In this document: positions 13,495 to 25,756 of the stretch, one piece after another
Position numbering within the stretch: position 1 is the stretch's first letter
How the letters are laid out: every line of letters begins with the position of its first letter
NCBI GenBank assembly: GCA_051294375.1
Contig: CM119263.1
Span: 14,090,414 to 14,154,413 of the forward strand
Direction of reading: 5' to 3'
Length of the DNA: 64,000 bases
DNA from: Paraspadella gotoi
Lineage: Eukaryota; Animalia; Chaetognatha
Made by a program: the position numbers and the translations under genes
Notes under the pieces: model-generated
What the model saw: only the letters and a program-made list of their open reading frames with translations
The model's database searches: none
Told to the model about the DNA's origin: nothing

Positions 13495-16366
13495 ATGGAA
13501 GGTCTGCCGTTTCTTCCCGGTTACACGTTCGCAGACAAAGATCCCACGAAGACGAGATATCACGTTAGCCAGGTAAAACACGTTTACATCGTATTTATAT
13601 AAATTCTTACATCTGGCCACTTCATTTATAAACCCGATCATTATTTTTTTAGACGTTGGAGTACAAGAATGGTTTCATGAAGCAACTGGTACCTGTGTCT
13701 AAAGGCATTGGAGCCCAACCGATTCACTATAACCAACTGTCTCAAAATGAGCTTGACGATTTGGCCAAGTTTAACCCTATTCTCACCTACGGTCAAGCTA
13801 AGCAGGTAATTAATGATTTTTGAATATTTTCAAGTAATAATATTCAATGTTGAATATTCAAATACACTACTTTTCGTGGGTTGTCAATTAGGCCCCACCA
13901 GAGGACTTCGTTCCTGCCCACAAATTCTTCGACAAAAAGGTACTCCGTTTCTACGGTTACTTCAAGGAGACCGTCCACGAATCTCCGCAAGAGTTTTATC
14001 GCGTTCGACCTGTTGAGGTAGAGTACAATAGAAAGCAATTTATAAAGAGTTTTATTTTTATTCATTAATTCATTTAATGTATTCAATTTAATATTATTTA
14101 TTTATGTATCATTATTTAATTTCTTTTAATTTTAATTCTTAATTCATTAATCTCCCCAGGTTTACTACTTTTTGGAGGACGATGCTTTGCTGGTCAATGA
14201 GCCTCTCGTCGACAACAGTGGCATCCCTCAGGGGAAGCTCATCAATAGGCATAGAATCCCTAAGAACGACCACGGAGACTGTTGGCATTGGAAGGTGTTG
14301 TCTATACTATACTATACTATACTATACTGATGTCTGTGCTATGACTATACATTGATTAGAAATTGTAGAATTCCTAACTCTTTAATTCGACTGTTTACAA
14401 GGATTTAAACATCGGCATAGATGTGGTTTTTTATGGAAAAGTCTTCCGCCTCTGCGACGCAGACAAGTTCACCAAAGATTACCTGCAGAGCGAGGGCATC
14501 ACCCTGAACGATCCCGAACCAGTCGCAGAGGATCCCTACAACGCCGAGAGGCTCGAGCGCAAAAAGCCCAAGTGTGTGAACTTTGCTTGTTGTAATGTTA
14601 AAGCGAAAAAAGGGAGATGGTGACATTTTGTTTCTTTTTCGGACGCAGATTCACGACGACTCCGTCCAGTTTCGACAAACTGCGACAATTCATCGAGATG
14701 GACCGAAAAGTCTTGCGATTTTGGGCCGTTTGGGACGACACTGTAAGGAGAGAGAAAAAAAATTAAGTAGTTTAGAGTAGATCAAATTTATGGTTTCTCT
14801 ATTCGAATTTTTCACGATAAGGACAACATGTTTGGAGAGCTGCGGCCTTACCTCATACAATACTATCTCGTCGACGATACGATGGAGGTTCGCGAGATCC
14901 ACGAGCAAAATGACGGGCGCGACCCGTTTCCGGTGCTGATCGGACGACACCGAACCCCGAAAGACCGCGATTCCATCCCCGCAGCTTTCCCGCTGATCTC
15001 CATGGAAATCTCGGCCAAGGAGGTGGGCCAGTATTTTCGCGCCCACGACCTCGGCCTGGGCAAGACCGTCGAGGTTTACGGCCGGCGTTTCCTCATTTAC
15101 GACTGCGACAACTTCACTAAGGCTTTTTACTTCGATAACTTTGGTGAGAGAAACAGATCATTTTTTGGAATATATACTTGTATATATTATGTACTACATT
15201 AAAAATACAGTTAAAATTCTAGGGAGTTCTAATTATATTCGCTTGACCGTAAACATAATTTTACCGAAATCCTACAGGCATCACCGACTTTACTCCGATC
15301 GACTGGCGCCAGAAGAGGCCTCCCATTCCCAAGATGGAGATCCCGCCTTACAACGGCTACGGCACACTCGAGGACTCCTTGGGATCTTGCCAAACGAGCC
15401 TCGAGCCGAAAGTGCCGAAGAAGGACTACGTCAAAATCCTGGAAAATGAGCACAAAGTGAGACACGGTCTTAAATTTTCATTTAATAAGTCGATATCTAA
15501 ATGTCTGAAAATATTCTTTTTAATTTCTAGAAACTGCGATACATGGCGGAATTGGACTCCGTTGTCCCTGAAGACAAAGGACGGCGTTTTGTCTTCACAT
15601 ACCGCTTGGCTGACGACATGCTGAGCATCTACGAACCGCCCGTCAGGAATTCGGGGTTCAAAGGTTATTCTCTGCTTTTTCAAATGCCAAATCAAATGAC
15701 AAAGTTTTAGTTTTCGACAAATATTACACCTCAATTTTTTTTTTCATTTTTCTCTCCTTTCCCCTCTCCAAATAAGGCGGCGCCTTCCTTTTGCGAACCC
15801 GCCCTGCCAAACCCGAGTTTACGCCGGAAAAACCAGTCTACTACGGCCCCCAGGACTTCGCTATCGGCGCCATAGTCAAAATATTGAAGAATCGATTCCG
15901 CATCATTGATGCGGACGAATATGTTCTCAAGTTCGCCGAGGAGCACGCCGACCAGTTTCCACCCGAGACGCTGGAGTCCCTGCGCAATGGAGTCACAAAA
16001 ACCGTCGACGTTCGATGCAGGGAGCCCACGAAAGGTCAGATTCTAGAAAGAGTAGGGTTTTCAAAAAAAATTTAAGGGCAGGAGGAATGAATGTTAATTA
16101 ACAACCTGTTTTAATTCTGTTATGTGAAAGACGAAATAGCAACAACGACCTAAAGGTAACGCCATATCCCGCAGGCGGTCCTATGCATGTGAAGCGTAGT
16201 GATGGCGGAAGTGACATTTCCGGACTCGTGCGCGAGATGACGCAGCAGTTGAAGAAGATGCGTATCTTCGACAGTCAGCAGATGCGTGAGATGTTCCTCA
16301 ATTATGATTGCAACCGAAGCGGGTTTATCGAGTTGGAGGTGAGAGAGAGAGTGAGTGAGTGAGTGA

Positions 16367-16430
<64 letters not shown>

Positions 16431-16516
16431 GACAGAGAAACCCGCCACACATCTTGGATCGAGTGAGTGAGTGAGTGAGTGAGTGAGTGAGTGAGTGAGT
16501 GAGTGAGTGAGTGAGT

Positions 16517-16558
<42 letters not shown>

Positions 16559-16828
16559 AGACAGACAGACAGAGAAACCCGCCACACAACTTGGATCGAG
16601 GGACGTGAAAGAGTGAGAGCGTGAGAGAGTTAGAGAGAGACAAAGCGTGAGAGCGCCTTAAATTAATTTTCAAAATTATTTGTTAATTATAAGGAGCTAA
16701 AACGGATGTGTCGTAAGATCAACCTCCCGATCGATGAAGACGTGATAGAAGCTTTGGCGGCGGAATGTCACGCCGACTCTGAAGGGCGCATCGGCTTCCA
16801 CGATTTCCTCGAATTTTTCGAAAATTAA
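13495..16828 (+). CDS. EFHC1: EF-hand domain-containing protein 1 (Rib72 family: three DM10 domains plus EF-hand; axonemal microtubule inner protein)
   Basis: [12 protein letters not shown]...; DM10 repeats [32 protein letters not shown] and [10 protein letters not shown]; [14 protein letters not shown]; C-terminal EF-hand ([14 protein letters not shown]). Confidence 0.93.
16339..16650 (+). repeat. (GA)n/(GTGA)n microsatellite with a tandemly duplicated unit in the last EFHC1 intron
   Basis: acagagaaacccgccacaca.cttggatcgag occurs twice; cttggatcgagggacgtga also occurs at ~39743. Confidence 0.8.
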
Positions 16829-17491
16829 TTTTATTTCGCTTAGTTCGATTGTCAGGATATCTCGGAATAATGCTTTCAAGAGAATGCTGCAAATGTATAA
16901 TATATATTGTATCTATGACTCGCATTAAAATATCTATGAAGGTTGCGCTACGTTTTTACTTTAGTATACAGGGTCAGCGCGCTCTTTTGGGAATAAATTT
17001 GGGTCTTTATTACTTGAAAACCGTTGTATGTAGAAACCCCTTGGATTTATTTGTTTTTATTGAGCACTGTATTTGTAAATGCCCCAGAGACATGAGAAAG
17101 ATGCTTAAAAGTATTTTTTGCCGGAATAGGTTTAATAAGATATTAAATAGTCAATTAGGATTATGTTAATGAAAATATGTTTCTTAAACATTTTCTCACA
17201 CTCATGTCAATTTTTTTTAAAAATTACTATTTGAATCTTTTTAAATATTCCCAAAAGAGCTTGCGGACCCGGAACTTTAAGTAATTCAAGAAAACCTTTA
17301 ACCTCTCATATTCTAGTCTAGTAAATTTTTCATGTTTTTTTATACTAAGCCTCAATAAAAAATATAGAATTTTTGGCGATAAAAAATATTTATAAAAGAC
17401 GCGACGACAATGCGATTTATCAGCAAGAACAAAGTCAAAAACGAATTAAAGAAGTAAATTTTTTTAAAACTCTTTTTTTCTCGAATAAGTC

Positions 17492-19548
17492 ATGACTGAC
17501 CCAGAAAATAACGATGCATTGTGGGAAGATCGGGAAATACGCTTTGACATCACCCCTGTGCAGGTATGGTTCGAAAAAAATTTTATTAGAATTTTTTATA
17601 CATACTACTTAGTAATTAAAATTGTTTTCATAAAATTGGTACAACCAATATAAAAATTATGCATTCATTTAATAAATAAGCTATCTTACCCCTGACTTTG
17701 GACAGGCGTGGGTGGTTTAAGGCCTCCATCACTCTTACAAGATAATGACAAAGCAGGTCCCTGCAAGCTTTCAATCAAGACTCACAGTTTCGTTTATTCA
17801 CTCCCATAGTACCTGGCTTCCCTATCAATGAAGTGGTATAATATTATTATATCATTATACTAAAACATGAGTATTATACTAAAACATGAGTTTCTAAAAC
17901 TAGGAGGTCGTTGTTAGACGTATTTTGATAATGAATACGATACCACTTTTTGGTTCAGATGAAAATGCGTCCAGGGGAAAGAATGATAGATCGTCTCGAC
18001 TCGGTCGAGGACACGAAAGGGAACAATGGCGACAGAGGACGCCTTCTCGTTACAAATCTTCGAGTCATCTGGCACTCCCACTCCATGCCTAGGGTCAATC
18101 TCTCTATTGGCTACAATTGCGTGCTCAGGCAAGGACACGATGGATATATTTTTCATTTGCAAATTATTCGTTTTTAAATTTTTTTTCATTTTTTTTCAGC
18201 ATCACCACCAAAACGGCTTCGTCTAAGTTACGCGGCGCTACTGAAGGTCTTTACATCCTTACCAAGGTCAACAATACTCGCTTCGAGTTCATCTTCACGA
18301 ATCTCGGTATTTTAGAAAGACCATGGAAATATGTCAGTTTACATTTTTTTAATGATTTTGGCGATTTAGTTCCCGGGACTCCGCGTCTCTTTACTTCGGT
18401 CATCGCCGTTCATCGCGCCTACGAAACCTCAAAACTCTATCGTGAACTCAAGCTCAGGGGCGCAATCGTTCAGAGCAAGCAGTTGCGAATGCTACCACAG
18501 GAACAAGTCTACTCAAAGGTGGGCAGAAGGCAAAATAGTTCTCGCAAAAGGTTTCATAGTCAGTCTCCTTTTATTTTTTCTCTTTTAGGTTAACGGCGTT
18601 TGGAACTTGTCCAGCGACCAGGGAAATCTAGGCACTTTTTTTGTGACTAACGTTCGTCTCGTTTGGCACGCCAACATCAACGAAAATTTTAACGTCTCCA
18701 TCCCGTACCTTCAAGTAAGATTCGCTGTTAGTCCGCCAAGTGTCGCTGTCTACCCCGGGTAATATATTCTTTGTCCTTTTGTTTGTTACTCGCAGATGCG
18801 TTCAGTTAAGCTTCGCGACTCGAAATTCGGTTTGGCGCTCGTCATCGAAACCTCCGCTCAGAGTGGAGCTTATGTCCTCGGTTTCCGGATCGACCCCAGC
18901 GATAGACTCAAGGAGGTGACAGATTATTTCCTTTGGACTTCCTGCTTTATTAATAATAATACCGAGATTTTTAAAAATAATATTTTGAAAACCTAATCAC
19001 AGTTTACCTAGTTTACTAAAACAAACTAAACCCGTCTTACAATTTACTTTTTATTTATTATGATTTATATCTGTATTCTTCAAGGTGGTAAAGGAGATCC
19101 AGTCTCTGCACAAAGTTTACTCTAACTACCCAATATTCGGCGTCGAGTATCAGACGGAAATGCAGACAGAGGGTGATGAGGAGTCTGGGGTTGACCCGAC
19201 CGAGGACGAAGTCGACATAGTCGACGACAGCAGGTGGTTCTATAGTAATGATTATAAAATGATGATTGGCGATATTAATGATAAAGATGAATGAATGTGT
19301 GAAAATTTAAATAGATTTTAACATTTAAGAAATCCTGTAAAAATATATCCTTGGTAACATTCATTATTAATGTTATGTTAATGGCTTTTTAAAGCGAAAC
19401 CGGTGGCAAGACCGACGCGTTCGCAGCCTACTTCGCCGAGGGTCTGCACCAAGCTGACCGCGAAGTTGTCTACTCCGAGGAGCTCGGCCTCGCCATCGAG
19501 AAGCTCAAGGACGGATTCACCCTCAAGGAACTTTGGCAAGTCGTTTGA
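17492..19548 (+). CDS. BBS5: Bardet-Biedl syndrome 5 protein (BBSome subunit)
   Basis: [13 protein letters not shown]; [31 protein letters not shown]; [17 protein letters not shown]; [21 protein letters not shown]. Confidence 0.97.
17632..17776 (+). repeat. Dispersed repeat family A (copy in BBS5 intron 1)
   Basis: ggtacaaccaatataaaaattat..cattcatttaataaataagctatctt...ggcctccatcac...gcaagctttcaatca. Confidence 0.8.
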
Positions 19549-19844
19549 ACAGCGTCTTGTCTAATCTTATTATATTTATTACCAACTTTCTGAAAGGCAT
19601 TTTTTGTTGCAAATTTTTAAATATATTCATTTTGGTTGAGGAGCAAACGTCTTTCATTGTTGAAACTCGAATAATCATGAAATGAAAATTTACGGATACA
19701 TATTACTCAATAAATACAATAATTTAGTTTTTTTTTAAAACCTAAAAGTTAATTCGTTTTGGAATTTTTTTTAGTATTTTTTTAGTATGAAAATCTTAAG
19801 AGGTTGAGAAAAAAAGGTCGTCGCCGCGTTGTCCGCGGTCGACA

Positions 19845-21603
19845 ATGAAGACAACGACGGCGACGACCCAGTCGGCGGGGGCAAAGAAACCCGCTTCCCC
19901 GTCTGTGGATTGTCTGGAGGCCGTCGTCGACGCCCATATCCTCCCTTGGGAGATCAACGTCAAGTGGAACGAAAATGCCCCCATAATCTTAGGTTGGTGA
20001 AGTTATTTTTAGCATTGTAAGATGCCGATTATGTTTATGGTTATGCTACTGACATATCACCACCTTCATGCCGTCAACGTAATTGCATCAAATTTAGCAA
20101 TCCTCGTTTTTAATTTTGTTAAATCAAACTAGGAGAATTTCCGGACCGCCCTCCACGAAAAATGTCGCGTCAGGCGATCCAAAATTCTTTTCGTGTTTTA
20201 AAAATCGCCAATCAAGGCGTTGAAGAGCTCGACAAGACAATTAAATACTTCACGCGGCTGGAGACACTTATACTGACAGCCAATAACCTTCACAAGGTCG
20301 ACTCGCGGTAGGTTATGACAAAATAAAAATCTTTTCTGCAATAAAATTTTTAATATTTTTTGTTGTTTCTTATGTTTTCCGTCTCGTTTCCACCTCAGCC
20401 AACTTCCTCGTTGCCTTGAATTTCTCGAACTTTGCGCCAACGATCTATCTAGTCTCCGCCCACTCTGCCGTCATCCACCTTCCCTGACGCATCTAGGGGT
20501 GGGCTACAACCACATCGGTAGCCTGGAGGGTTGCGTGTCGGCCTCGCTTTGGCCTCGACTTCTTTCTCTCGATCTGTCGCATAATGACCTGGACGATCTC
20601 ATCGACGTCGTCTCCCAGATGACGCTGCTTCCGTCGTTGCGGTCGCTTCTGCTCATTGGGAACCCATTGTCGCTGCCGCCAAGTTATCGTGGTTTCGTGA
20701 TCGACGTCCTAAGGGACCTGTTTATCCTGGACGACCACTTCATCACGTCCGAGGAGAGACACGATTTTGATGGCTTCGGACACAATCCAGAAATTAAGAG
20801 TAAGCTATAGGAAGACGGCGATTCGAATTCTGATCATACATAGTTCAAAATTAACCAGTAATCAGTCTTTCCGAGTATTTCATGATTACTATTAATTTTC
20901 ATTTGACAGATGAACTAAACATAACCTTGGAAGCGATGACGATTCGCGGATTGGCGGCTCCGGTCGAACCCAAGCACGCAGAAGATCAGCCAGAATTTCC
21001 TGTCGTCACCCGCAAATTCGCCGTCTATTTTCTTTTGCCTCTCACACCGGCGGAGGTCATCGAAGCCAAGGCTAGGGCTGCCAGGGTCGAAGCGATGGCC
21101 CTAGCGGCCGAGGCAGTCGACAATCTTCCCCCGCCGGAGGTGACTGTGGTCGAGGAGAACCTGGAATTCCACTCCCCCGCCGTTCCTTTTACCCTAGAGG
21201 GTCATGGATCAATTACTGGCTCCGTTCGGTACCCGGCCGAAGACGCCGCCGCCGTCGAGCCAATGCCGGCCTCCACTCCCCCTAAACCAAAGAAGATCCC
21301 GATGCCGAAAATGGAAGAGGAAATTATCCCCATTCCCGATGGGGTTGGGGAGTACGCCGTCAAACCCGTCAAATCGGTCGCAGTTCCCTGGGCTGAGGAG
21401 ATGGACGTACACTGGAAGCAGAGTCTTCAACGAGGCGATCTTTTGGTCTTTAGAAATTTTTTGCGAGACGGGGTCGACGTTCAGATCGTAGAGGAAAAGG
21501 TTCTGGGTGAGTTTCTTAATTAATTAATAATTATTTTTAAATGTTTTTTCTATCTTTTTCATTTTATTTTTTTCCCTTTTTTTTCTTTTCTTATTCTTCT
21601 TCT

Positions 21604-21643
<40 letters not shown>

Positions 21644-21745
21644 TTTCATGTGAAAAGAAAGTCACTGTGACGCAGCAAATTGGAAGGACCATTCTTGTTT
21701 CAGCCAATCAGAGTCACGAAAATAAAGAAGATCAAAAAAATTCGT

Positions 21746-21837
<92 letters not shown>

Positions 21838-23190
21838 TTTGATGTGAAAATAAAGTCACTGCCACGCAACAAATTGGAAGGACCATTCTTGTTTGTTTTC
21901 CGGTTTCCCCTTCTCGCAAAAATTACAATTCTTTTGAAGTTAGTAACTCAATTTAAACATTTTTTATCCTCTCATATCTGCAGCGTACCCCGCTGACCAA
22001 ATCGAGGGTTTTGAGAGTCGCGGAGAATCAGCCGCTGACGGCGCCCGCAGCGCAGCAAGCAAAGGCGGCGGCGGTGGCGGCGCGAAGTCACGAAACGATG
22101 CTGCGAAGACAAAGGACGCCAAAGCGACCGCAGGCGGATCAGGGGGGGAAGCGAGAAAGAAGAAGAAAGGTAAAGTAAATCATCCTGTGATTAAAAATGA
22201 ACAATGCGTAAACTGAAATACCTTACTGTTATTTCATCAAGAAATATGTCAACATTCTGTTTTAAATAATCGGTAAATAACAAAGGTTTGAAGATGATTC
22301 GGTAAGGCTAAGCTCATTTTAAAAAAAATTGATTTGATTGTTAAAAAATTACAGGTAAAGATGAAAATAAAAATAAAGGTAAAGGTAAAGATAAAGGTAA
22401 AGATAAAGGTAAAGGTAAAGGTAAAGGTAGCGGTAAAGATAAAGGTAAAGGCAAAGGCAAAAAAAAAGGTAAATTTTGCAGGGGAGGGTAAAACAATTAA
22501 TCTTGTTATTCCTTTTGTTCATTTTGAGCTATTTTGAATTTGATTGGAATGAACCTTTATCTTAAAACTACATTAAACCCGTGAATAAATATCCTTTGAC
22601 TAGGTGATGCTGAAGTTGACCTTTTCTCCATGCCACCGGAAGTGACGGTTGTAGCGCGATTTCATGCCAACCTTCGCGACTTCCTTGACGGTGAGCGGGA
22701 CCTGGAGTTCATTTTCAGTCGAGACGGCGGCAACGAGATCGTGACTAAAGTGGATAAGAAGGACAAGGAAAAGGAGGCTAAGGAGGATAAAGACAAGGAG
22801 CCCAAGGACGCAAAAGGCAAGCATGGCGCAAAGACCGCTTCCAAAAAGGATGAGGAGACTCCAGCCGGCGGCAAAAAGGGCGGAAAAGAGGACAAAGCGC
22901 CAGGATCTAAGGGTGCGGCAGATCGTTCTGGTGGAAAATCCTCTGCAACCACTAAAAGCTCCAAGGGGGACAAAGGCGGGAAGGGCGCTGCAGCTGGCGA
23001 CGGGTCGCCGGATGAGGCGGCGGTAACGAGTGCTCCCCCGCCGCTCGAGTGCCACTTCCGGCTCGGCATGGCACGATGGGCCAAGGCCTCGGATTGGGCG
23101 CCCCCAGTTGTAGAAGAGAAGAAGGCAGCGCCCGTTAAAAGTGCCAAGGGGGGGAGACAGAAAAGCGCTGGTGGAAAGAGTGACGCTTAG
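19845..23190 (+). CDS. LRRC43: Leucine-rich repeat-containing protein 43
   Basis: LETLILTANNL...LPRCLEFLELCANDLS...WPRLLSLDLSHNDLDDL...LLIGNPLSLPPSYRGFVIDVL; Lys/Asp-rich C-terminus ending PPPLECHFRL. The start ATG is tentative. Confidence 0.82.
21600..21895 (+). repeat. (TTTC)n tracts with a tandem ~55-bp duplication in an LRRC43 intron
   Basis: atgtgaaaa.aaagtcactg..acgca.caaattggaaggaccattcttgttt at ~21648 and ~21843. Confidence 0.8.
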
Positions 23191-23625
23191 TTTAAATATT
23201 TAGTTTTTTATATGGATTTTTACATTTTTACTTGCAAATACACAATAATCAATGCGATTTTACTCACCCGCGTCTATTGCGGTTTGAACTCGGCTGCGAA
23301 AAACAACGGAGAATAATTTTTAAGATGCTATTTTTTACTATTTTTATTTAATATTTTAAGAACGAAGAAGTCGTTGCCGACTTTGAAAAATAATGTAAAA
23401 CTTGACGAGCCTTTTGCTGTCTACACTAAAGGCTTGAGAATTGAGGCAATTTGTGTCACTTTTACAACCTTATCTTTGTACTACAGTAATTGTAAGTGTA
23501 CTCAAATTAAATATGGATCTCTCACTCATCTTTGAATAATGGAACTTTATGGAATATATTTCTTATCTTTTTTTTTTACAATGGGAATTTTTTTTTACTG
23601 GGAACAGTGTTAAAATAATAACAAC

Positions 23626-25610
23626 ATGCCATCAACTAAGGAGCAGAGAGAAGAAGCTTGGAAAAATTTGGATATTACTCCGGAGGAAGCAGACAGATTC
23701 ACCCAATGTTTCAAGGCAAAATTTATTATCTTCATAGAAATTTTGTATCGACAGTATGGTTATTATACAAATAAATTATAAAAATTTGTATTTTTTTTTA
23801 CCAATAGGACGAGAACTTTCGTAAGCTTTTTCGTGAGTATGCGGAGGAAATCTCCGACCCTGAAAATAAGGCCAAATACGAAATGGAGATCCGACAGTTG
23901 GAGGCCGATAGGGGCGTAGACTGTCAATTTATCGATCCACATCCAGGGTGAGAGCATCGAGCACATTTTGATTTTGATTTCTTTATCTCTTTTTTTTTTA
24001 ATTTTAAACTTCGATATATTTACTTTCTGTTTCGTTGTTATTGTTGTTGTAGTTGTTTAAGTTGCTTATTTTCTCTCTTTCTTTTTTTCTTTCTATCTTT
24101 CTTTCTTTTGTTGTGGATTTATTTTACTTTCACTTTTTTTATCTCGTTTTTTTCTTTGCATTCTCTTTTTTTTTTTGTAATGATTTTTGTCTTTCCTTTC
24201 TTTCATTTTTTTTTCTTTTTGTTTTCTTTTTTCATTAATTTCCATCTCCATTCCTTATCCAAATCTAGCTACGTTCTGAAAACAGTTATGAACGGCGACC
24301 AAAAAATCTTCATCAACGTCGCGGAGAACGATAAAGTGGGGAAACCTTCGTCGCAGACTGGACAGGGAGCCGACGGCAAACGCGGTTTACAATGGAGCAT
24401 TCCTCATTCTTTAGGTCTATAACTCAAAGGATACTGTACAACGTTTGAGTTTTTTTTTTTTTTTTTTTTCGAAAATAATTGAGCAGAGAGGCTCGTCGCT
24501 CTTTCCTTCATATTGAAATTTCTTCCTTAACTCCAGCTCCTGCACGGGATGATTTTGATAAGAACAAAAAGTTGTGTCAAGTCTATGATGTGGTGTTCCA
24601 CCCGGATACTCTTCGTATGGCTTCCAAGAACCGGGCCTTTCGGCAGATGATTGACTCGACGGCCATGGATTCTGTGGAGGAGAGATTCTCCATCAAACTG
24701 GACCGCGCTAACGTGAAGCAGCCCAAAATGAAATACAAAGGAATGCCGCAGGCGGCCGTCATACGCAAAGCGACGGGGCAAAAACCCAAGGAACTTGATC
24801 CCATTCAAGCTGGAGCGTATCCTTCTAATTGGAAGATGCCCAACGAAGACAAGGGTGAGAAATGAGAAATATTAGTGATATAAGTTACATATTGGGTACA
24901 AGATATTATTGATACACTATTATATTTGGTAGTGAAAATTTTCATTTTAACGGTTTTCAGAAGTGAGAATTCATTTAATGTCATTCAATATTAATAATTT
25001 TATATTCCTTTTTTGTCCAATGCTCAATTTTTTTTTGCTCTGCCCCCTAAGAATCTCCACCCGCATCTTTCTCCCCACCTAAAAATTTTCCGGTCGCCCC
25101 TCCTGAGTTCGCCACCCCTAAGTACCAGTTGATCCACCGAAAAAAGTCTGATATGAAAGACTTCACTTACACCTCCTCGCCGGCAAAGGAGATCTGCTCT
25201 ACTCGCCCCGACGAGCTCGTCGTAGAAGTTGAGCTTCCGTTGCTCAAATCTGCCAACGAGCTCAATGTCGACATCGAGGGAGATTCGCTCTTGCTCAAGA
25301 CCGAGCCTAAAGGTGACTATGAGCTGGGAGTAAAGAATGCGTTATGATTTAAAAACTCAGAAGGAAAATGAGGAAAATTATTTTTTAAAAGAGGATTTGT
25401 AAGTTTTTTCTCAAATTGTTTTTTAAAGCTATATTGTTTTAACTTTTATCCTTAGCTGCGAAGTACAAATTGGAACTGAAGCTTCCCTACTTCGTAAACG
25501 AGGATAACGGCAGCGCCAAGTTCGACAAGCAGCGACGGAAATTGACCCTGGTGCTTCCAGTGCTAGAGAGAGTAGAGAGACCAAACACAACAGAGCAAAC
25601 CGAAGACTGA
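23626..25610 (+). CDS. DNAAF2: Dynein axonemal assembly factor 2 (kintoun; PIH1 + CS domains), 6 exons, ~370 aa
   Basis: LDITPEEADRFTQCFK|DENFRKLFREYAEEISDPENKAKYEMEIRQLEADRG; WSIPHSL; YDVVFHPDTLRMA; RPDELVVEVELPLLKSA; YKLELKLPYFVNEDNGSAKFDK. Confidence 0.9.
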
Positions 25611-25756
25611 TAAATAGATCTATAAATATTTAATTTGAAAATTTCTCAAATTTTTTTATACACTTTGTTAACGCAAACTGATTTTGGGTTTCGTATCACA
25701 AATTTTGAGATGGGTATAATTGAAAACGATCCGCTTTTTGGGAGAAACCTTGAAAA

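Noticed and set aside
16150-16673. ORFs rich in SLSL/THSL
   Set aside because: Translations of (GA)n/(GTGA)n microsatellites in an EFHC1 intron.
22334-22537. KVKVKIK ORF
   Set aside because: (AAAGGT)n hexamer repeat within an LRRC43 intron.
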